Shown in pieces: positions 56,117 through 64,000 of a DNA stretch of 64,000 nucleotides (positions are counted from its first letter, which is position 1; the number at the start of each line of letters is the position of its first letter). The DNA is from Yuukianura sp. NJ FZ-2021 (lineage: Eukaryota), in assembly GCA_046563655.1 (NCBI GenBank), contig CM102290.1, forward strand, positions 11,284,001 through 11,348,000, in the 5' to 3' direction. The position numbers and the translations under genes are program-made. Under the pieces are notes generated by a model. It saw nothing but the letters and a program-made list of their open reading frames with translations. It was not told the origin of the DNA and did not search any database.

Positions 56117-58878
56117 ATGACAGGAAGTACGACGGTGCAGGAGCTGAGGCAGGAGACGCTTCTGGTCTCTAGAAGGTCAAAGGTCGAGGTGAAGGACACA
56201 GAAAACGGAGTCACTAGTTCGATTCCCACCAAAAACCAAGTGCCTCTGATTGACCAAACATTTCCCAACAAAATTGTGTGGAGAAATGTCATCATGTTTG
56301 CGTACCTTCATCTGGCAGCAGTATTTGGCCTATATTTGGCTTTCACTGGACAGGTCAAGTGGCAGACATTCATTTTTGGTGAGTCGATTTACAAAAAAAA
56401 AAAAAAAATGAAATTCAAGGTCAGAGGTCACGTAGCACAGAAAGCAGTAGGAGATTGCCCATTTTCGTAAAGAATATCTAGATTTTTTTTTCGAATTCTT
56501 GTGGGTTTTTTCCTAACATTTTTCGAGAAACCCTAACTCGCTCCTCATCAACCTTAAGCATAATTTACTCCTACCTTAACATTAATTACCATGTATGTGA
56601 GGTCAAGGCAAGGTCAAGGTCAAGGTCAATCCATTAGTAGTTCAGATTCTGCTTACAAAAAAAGTTGGAAAAGTACATGACAGGCTAAACTTTTTCCTAG
56701 TTTTTTGAATTTTATAAAAAACTGACATAACTTTATGGGGGGATGTTTGCTGCAAAATTAATTCAAATTTTCGCGTGATAAAACACGTTTTGCCGTTAGA
56801 AGCAGTATTCTTCGCCCATTAAAGTCAAGGGCGAAAGCTGTTTTTAATTGCAGTAACTTAAATTGCAGCAAAACAAGTAAAATTAAATTGCAGTAAAAGC
56901 AAGTAAAATTAAATTTAAAAACTCACTTATTGTTTCCTGTGCGGCGTAACTAAAAATAGACAAAACTTTCGCAATTGAGGCAAATTTGAGTCCAGAAATT
57001 TTATTGTGACATGCAAACTTGTCGTGACTTTGGATCATGTGGAAGGTCATGCAGCAGATTTACACATTATTTCCAGAAGTAGACTATAGAATTTCAAACA
57101 ATGCGCAGACGCAGACTTACCAACCAACCTGTTGAACAAACCAAGGATGTAAACTTACGTAACTAATGTTATTTTAATTTTTTTAGCTACGATAACTCAT
57201 CTGATTGGTTCCGTTGGAGTAACGGCGGGATGTCACCGACTCTGGTCACATAAATCCTACAAGGCCAACTTACCTCTTCGCATCATCTTGGCGACGATGC
57301 AAACTTTTGCGTTCCAAAACAGTGTTCATGAATGGAGTCGAGATCACCGAGCACATCACAAGTACTCGGAAACAAATGCTGATCCACATAATGCCAAACG
57401 AGGATTTTTCTTTGCACATATCGGATGGCTTCTAGTGAGAAAGCATCCAGCAGTGATTGAAAAAGGACGTGGAATTGACCTCAGTGACCTGGAAGCAGAT
57501 TCTGTCGTTATGTTTCAGAAAAAGTAAGTTAGGCTAAAAAGTTATTATATATTTACAATATTAACCTGAAACCTAACTAACATTCATGTTCAGTTCATGA
57601 TTTTGATTTTTTTAACTTTAGGTACTACGTGTTGCTAGTGACTCTTTGTGTTTTCATCATTCCTACGGTTGTACCAATGTATTTCTGGAACGAGTCTGCG
57701 ATGGCCGCATTTTTCTTTGCGACGCTCTGCAGATACTGCTTGAGCTTACACGGAACTTGGCTGGTCAACAGTGCTGCTCATCTCTGGGGACCACGCCCAT
57801 ATGACAAGTGAGTAGAATATGGAATTTGTATTTTCGCGCGCATTTGCATGCCATTTTTGAAACCCTTGTTCTTTGCGTTTTTGGTAGTGGGTAATTTGTA
57901 CTTTTTTTCTATTGCTTCTGCGAAATGTTCTTAAAAGTTTCAATGACAAAAAACTTTCAGTAGAGTTTAAATTTCAAGATGTTCACTTGAAGCAGAAGCT
58001 GTCATGTTGTAATATATCATTCAATCCATATTGATACTCAATCGACTTTTGTAATTCAAATGCATGGTGGCTCATCACTTTCTCATTATCGGTTGAACAT
58101 TTAATGTGGCATTTAAAGTGAACGTGACGCGATGAGGTTTGTCAAGTGTAGGAAACTTAATTTCTTTCAACAGAGAGTTACATTTTGCACAAAACTTTGT
58201 ATGGCCTCAACGTGATTTTGATTTCGGCAATGTCAATTAATCTGCAACTGTCTTGACAGTTGCGGTTAGGGTGACGGGCCAGCAAGAATTTTTGCTAAAA
58301 ATGATATTTTTGCATATCGGGTTCCCCGGAATTTTTTTTAATGAAAGCGATAAGGACTAAAGTGGCAGTGATTTCATAGTCGCTTTAAAAAAATTGCAAA
58401 TTCGAATTCTGTAACATGCAATTTCAGAATATCTTGGTTTTATTAGTTAAGATTTGAGTAGACCTGACAGGTCATCTGGACCATGACCTTGCTTGACCTT
58501 TACAAAATCTAATTTCCTAACCTATTTTGCAGGCATATCAACCCAGCAGAGAACTTGTTCGTTGCTCTAGTGGCTGTCGGAGAAGGATGGCACAACTACC
58601 ACCATACGTTTCCATGGGACTACAAAACGGACGAACTCGGACGATACCGAACCAACTTGACGGCAGCATTCCTGGACTTTTTTGCGTGGATTGGGTGGGC
58701 CTATGACCTCAAGACAGTTCCGATGGATGTCGTGTTGGCTCGAGTGAAACGAACTGGTGATGGGTCCCACCATAGTCATGATCACGATGGAGCTTCCCCT
58801 TGGGGGTGGGGCGACGCTAACATTCCGACAGAAGATGCCGCTGTGACAGAAACTCTGCATCCAACAACGATACAATAA
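56117..58878 (+). CDS. Acyl-CoA delta-9 (stearoyl-CoA-type) desaturase
   Basis: His boxes HRLWSH, HRAHH and HNYHH; ETNADPHNAKRGFFFAHIGWL; WLVNSAAH. Exons at about 56117-56377, 57187-57523, 57622-57807 and 58533-58878. Confidence 0.95.
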
Positions 58879-58913
58879 TTTTTGGAACGAAAGAATATCA
58901 ATTTGCCCCGAAA

Positions 58914-59050
58914 CTGCAAGCATGCGTAACTCGACTACTCCAGCGCTGCAAGTAATTCGGTAATTCAATTACTCCTGCAAGTAATTCGGTAACTCGACTA
59001 CTCTAGCCATACAAATAACAATGTAACTCCACTAATACGTAATTCAATTA
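58914..59050. repeat. Degenerate tandem repeat (unit about 29-32 bp) in the desaturase 3' region
   Basis: CTGCAAGTAATTCGGTAA(C/T)TC(G/A)A(C/T)TACTC occurs about 3 times, plus partial copies. Confidence 0.7.
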
Positions 59051-60094
59051 GTACAATGATATATTAATGCTATAACGAGTGAATTGATAACTTCAGACAA
59101 ACAAAAGTAATTCAGCTTTATTAGTATAGGTGTGACAAATGTAATTAAGCTTACTTAATTAAGTTTACTGGACAGGTCATAGAGATGACGTAGGGTCAAA
59201 TCTATCTCTTTTTGTATTTATTACTCATTTAGAAACTAATGTTAGTTTAGTTTAGATAACTTAGATTAACAAGTAATTGACCAATAGAAATTTTTTGAAC
59301 AATGTTTATGCGTGTGGTATATGATAAGATCATTTCCGGCAAAATGTCAACAAACATACAAAAGTTCGTGAGAAAAGTTCAATACAATTAATTCATGTCT
59401 GTATTTAAGTGAATGTTTTGATTAAGTCATCTACAGAGAACAATTTGAAAACAAGACAATAAAATTTGAAAATTGGAAACTATAACTAAAGGATGTTAGC
59501 GTCTGTTATTTCAAACTGTTGGAGTATAGCTCTCAAGGTCAAAGGTCAACCTTTGTAAATGATCATAAACACAACATATAAGAGTTTCATTAGTTTCAGA
59601 AGTAATTCGTATTCCGTCCAACATAATTCTTTGCATTGTTGGAAAATGAGATGACCTCATCCAAGTACTTTCTTTTTGGAAAAACAAAATCTGAAAATTT
59701 GTCATTTAGAAAGGGGACAAAAGTTGAAATGGAACAATTGATTTCGTGGAACTTTTGAACAATGTTATGACTGCGGCTGGCTTAGTCACTGGGGTGAGAT
59801 ACCATAAACCGCCTTTTTGTTCTTAACTGGTTCTATTCTTAGTGTTGAAGGCTCGTAACGACTGCAGTTGAAACACAAAATGTCAAAGGTCAAGGGACGC
59901 GTAGCGTCCCCTTAGTGTTAACATTGCGTACAATTGGGAGGGACATAATTTATTGCATAGGACGATGCTTGAACGTGAGAAAGTAGGGCGCCAAAGAACC
60001 ATTGGAATTGAATTTCTCCGTCTAGCTGTTTCGTTTTATTTTGTGCTTTTTCTTATTTGTCCTTGGCTTGTGAAGTTAAGTGTATCACATTTAA

Positions 60095-61109
60095 TACCAG
60101 GGTTAGGTAACTCTCGTGGGTACGGGTAGTGGGTAGTAGTACCAACATACGTTATGGAATTGTTACACTGCGATGCGTCCCAGTTACATGATTTATATTC
60201 ATATTTAAAAAAAAAATTACTGTAATACTTGAGGTAGTAAGATAGTTTTAATAAGTAGAACAGTGCCTAGAACCTATAACAAGTTATGCAATACAAAACT
60301 ACATGAAATTAAAATCAAAACGCATGTTTCCAGGATGCCTCAACAAAAATTTATCTCGTTGCCAACTACATTAATTCATAAGACCACACTGAATTAACTT
60401 TTATAGCATAACAACCCTCAATTCAGCGAGTAATTCATAGAATTGTTGGCGTTTCCTGGCTGTTAAGAGGCCTTTTGTCGGGTTTTTCAAGTGGTGACAA
60501 TAAGGTCCCACTTTTCAACACATAGTGAATCATCCAATTGTTTTCAAACGAAATTATTTAGATAATAAAAGTTTTCAGAAAATGGGTTGGAATAGGGTGT
60601 TGAAAGGATGCATCGGGCAAACTTTTAACCAACGATTATTTCATTTTTAGGCTTCCTCCATTCGCTTTTCTTAATAACATGGATCTATGGGGGGCTAGCG
60701 AAGTGGTTTCAGTTAAAAACATTTTTGGAAATTTTGAAAAGGGTAGATAAATGGCCCTTTGCAAGATAAAATCCGTCTGCACTTCCAAGTAAACCAAAAT
60801 CATTTTCAACTGTAAAGGGTATCCCGTATTATTTTATGGCCCTTATAGCCTTGGCTTGTTCAATGCAGTAAGTGGTCAGTCGGACTGACTCACACCCTGT
60901 CCCCTTTTTTTTCCATTTTCACTATAACTTCCGTTTTCAGTAACAACATATCACACAGTGCATATTGCCATACAATTTTTACAACAAATTAAAACACTAG
61001 TGCAAAACAATAGTGTGCATTCCGTTAATTAACAGTCCTATCCCTAACCCATATTTACTTAACCCTCATACCCACACATCCATTCCATGGGAGTCGCCGC
61101 ACCCTGGTA
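60095..61109. mobile_element. Possible decayed ~1-kb DNA transposon
   Basis: The ends TACCAGGGT / ACCCTGGTA are perfectly inverted and extend imperfectly to about 22 bp. The interior is non-coding and AT-rich. Confidence 0.3.
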
Positions 61110-62133
61110 AAATCTATACCCGCCTTGAGAAGATTTTGAATTGGAGTTGTTCAAAGTTTACATCCAGCAGCAGTGAAGTCAGAAAAAGTAATTTAGAATG
61201 TTAATAAGTTGTAATTTGAATGTAGTAATCTTGGTCTCCGGCGTTGAAAGCTTTAGATAACATCGATTGTTTACTTAATATCTTGACAATGCAGAAGAAC
61301 GATAGAATTCATCAACTTAAGCTATACTAAGCTAAAATTGTCAATTCATCAAATTACTCCAGGATCGTTTTCGTCAGCAAGAAATTGGAATCTTGTTCTC
61401 ACGTCGTCTTTTGAGTGAATCATTCAATCATTCATTGGTTTCGGGCTACGGGAGTAGCAGTCAATTTGTTCCAGTCTTCGTTAGTACCCTCAGCCAGCGC
61501 TACCAAAATTTGAAAGTAAGTGTTTATCTAAAATGTAAAGTTTATTGCTATTCCACGTACTCGTTGCTTTGAAACCTAAACCTTCTGCATTATAGGGCAC
61601 ACGTCGACAAGGGGCGGTGTGGCAATAGGTAATTCATACCGAAAGTGATTGGGCGGTGGAACTAAAGAAGCTGATGCTGGATTGGGATCTCTGAACCGGA
61701 ACAGTAGTGTTGAGGTCGACAGGCGACGTTGTGACTGGTCAATCTTTTTGGGGTACTTGATGTGAAAAGCAGACAACTCATACAAACAACTCAAGTGATA
61801 GTGGCCTGGATCATTTGAGAAGTTAACTGTTAGCGAAGGAACTCGTGAAGACAGTCGATTCGACTTGCTGAAGTTATAAAGTATTGGAAGGCCACGGGTT
61901 TTGGAAGTTTTCCTTCATACATTTGGGAGCTTCATTCGCCTCTCGCCTTAAGGATCCAGGAAAGACGGTGAGTTAAAGATTTACTCAAAACCAATTTGTT
62001 TCTAAGGTTTAGTTTGCTTATCGTTGGTTTTATGTTAATTAACGTGGTTATAATCCAACGAACATAGTATCTACACACAGATATATCGTACCAATATCTA
62101 GTAATAGCATTGAATGTTGATTTCAGATAAATT

Positions 62134-64000
62134 ATGGCAGAAGTAGGAAATACGTCGACCTCCGAAACTGGAGACAGTGGGAGGACGACATGCTCCGCAC
62201 AGGATGGTGTCTCATTGCCTTCTGGTGGTGCGAGGGGTTTACCCCTCAAGTATTTACATCGATTGCTGGCTGGGTAAGTTCAACGGGCATTTAGTGAACA
62301 ATTTCTAATGCTGTCTACAATATATCTAATATGATTAACAGGAAAATGAGGATTGGCGTAGAGAACAAGCTCTACACAATCCCTAAATTTAATATCGTGT
62401 TACACGAACTACCGGTGGAAGAAGAACAAGACGAGAAGCCTAAGACCTCCAGAAAGTAAGTTTACATGTCAAGAATCCATATTCATAAAATTCCATATTT
62501 ATCATTTCATTTGTGTAATATTTTCTTTGATTTTCAAAAGACGGAGAAGGAAACAGTCGGAAGAGTCAACTTCAGAAAGCAGCGAAGAAACTTCATCGTC
62601 GCTTGAGACTGAAGATGAAGAAGATTCGGACCTTGCATGGTCTTCCGAATCCTTCATAGAAGAAGACGATCACGTCTTCAACAACTCCGGCGATGAATCC
62701 GAAGAGTCCGTTACCATTGGGAGGCAAAGAGCTGCGAGAATCCAAACGAGGAGTTGCAATAAAAGAAGAGGTTTAAAAAATTGTGGTGCGAGGACGAGGT
62801 ACTTGTCTATTTAAATCTTCTTGACAGCGAAAGAAATTAATTCATATCTGAAATAATTCCAGGTCTAAACAACTTCAGGCTCGCGTTTCAAAGCGGAAAC
62901 GAATTATGTCTTCTTCTGATGACGAGCAGGATGATGAATCCGAGACTCCAACATCGGACTCATCATGCCCAGCCAAAAATGTGATTTCGCCTGCCCGGCG
63001 AAAGAAATTAGCCCGCAAGCAAAAGCTGCTAACGCGGAGGTTCATGTGAGAACAACCATTTTCTACTTACAGAACTTTAGTTTTTTCTTTAAAACTGACA
63101 GTGTAGTGATGTCCATAATTTCACTTTCTCTTTCTCCAATTACATTTTTGTGTTTATTCTTTAGAAAGCGTCATAACATCGTACTTCCGGACGATCAGAT
63201 GGAACACATCGGGAGGTCAGACAGTGACGACGATGATGAGGACTACTCCATTGGAGATTCCAAAGAATGGTTCGAGAAAAGGAGGCCGCCAAAGCCCAAG
63301 CAAGAAAAGCAGCCGACTAAGCAATGTGAGTTAAGTTATAACTTGTTATGTACGTCATTGTTAAAGATCGCTTATTAATTTTTGTATTCCGTGATGTTTC
63401 GTAAAGCTCAAAAACGGAAATCGAAGTCCAGATCCAAGACAGTTACGTTTTCGGATCCATTGGAGCTGCCGCCAGAGTTGACGGTAGAACCAAAGGACTC
63501 TCCTGAAAACTTGGAAGCTGAATTAGACGAGCCGCCAATTCTAAAGGTAGAAACAAACTTGCCTAGCACGTCGAAAGAAATACTGGATCGAGTTCAACGT
63601 AGCAAGACTCCCGCGGTTATATCATCAACCAATGAAGAAACAGGAGCAGTTGAAACTGTGTCAGTGTCGTCAACTGAAGTATCAGGAGCTGAGCAGACGA
63701 ATCCAATTGCAGAAACAGCAGTGCTGACACCAGAAGCAGCAGTTGAAACAATCGCAGCATCGCCTGACTCAACCACGGGGCAAGCAGGAAGACCACAGCC
63801 AGTCTTAGTGTCAGAACAAATGACAGCAGCTAATCCAGGTCCAGCAACAGTTACCTCAACTCCAGCGGAAATTCCAGCAGCAACTACTGACCTACCAGCA
63901 ACATCAGTAGCCTCCGCTTTAGAAATGTCGAGGATTGGTGCTGAAACACCAGTATCCGTCTCACCAGCAGCGACACCACTGAAATCGGAAGTAATTGTAG
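62134..64000 (+). CDS. Unidentified low-complexity, probably nuclear protein (3'-partial)
   Basis: Exons at about 62134-62273, 62342-62455, 62541-62798, 62863-63045, 63164-63325 and 63407-64000 join in frame. They encode acidic tracts, basic NLS-like runs (KRRRKQ, KRKR), KTVTF and a Thr/Ala/Pro-rich tail. Confidence 0.7.

Overview
This is intron-rich, gene-dense eukaryotic (animal, arthropod-like) DNA with short GT-AG introns; there are no prokaryotic operons or CRISPR arrays. Spliced genes reconstructed by hand, in order: an unidentified coiled-coil gene (-, 5' end unresolved), TOP3B (-), TCERG1 (+), G-alpha-i (+), DNAJB9/ERdj4-like (-), HP1 (+) tail-to-tail with Polycomb (-), a pancreatic-lipase-family gene (+), a SIFamide-receptor-like GPCR (-), a four-exon 107-aa secreted precursor ending in G-R-R-stop that the ORF track misses (-), its divergent Gly-rich secreted neighbour (+), Merlin/NF2 (-), TCTE1/DRC5 (+), an acyl-CoA delta-9 desaturase (+), and a partial low-complexity gene with an RVxF motif (+). 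Non-coding features include a 37-bp minisatellite, several foldback MITE-like elements, a 51-bp duplication around a transposon-like insert, and seven exact copies of the DR1 13-mer TGACCTTTGACCT. The best novelty candidates are the divergent secreted-protein pair beside the GPCR, the DR1 enrichment near splice sites, the apparently intracellular myristoylated lipase, and the HP1/Polycomb adjacency. Family calls come from recalled motifs, not database searches. Exon boundaries are manual and may be off by a few bases.
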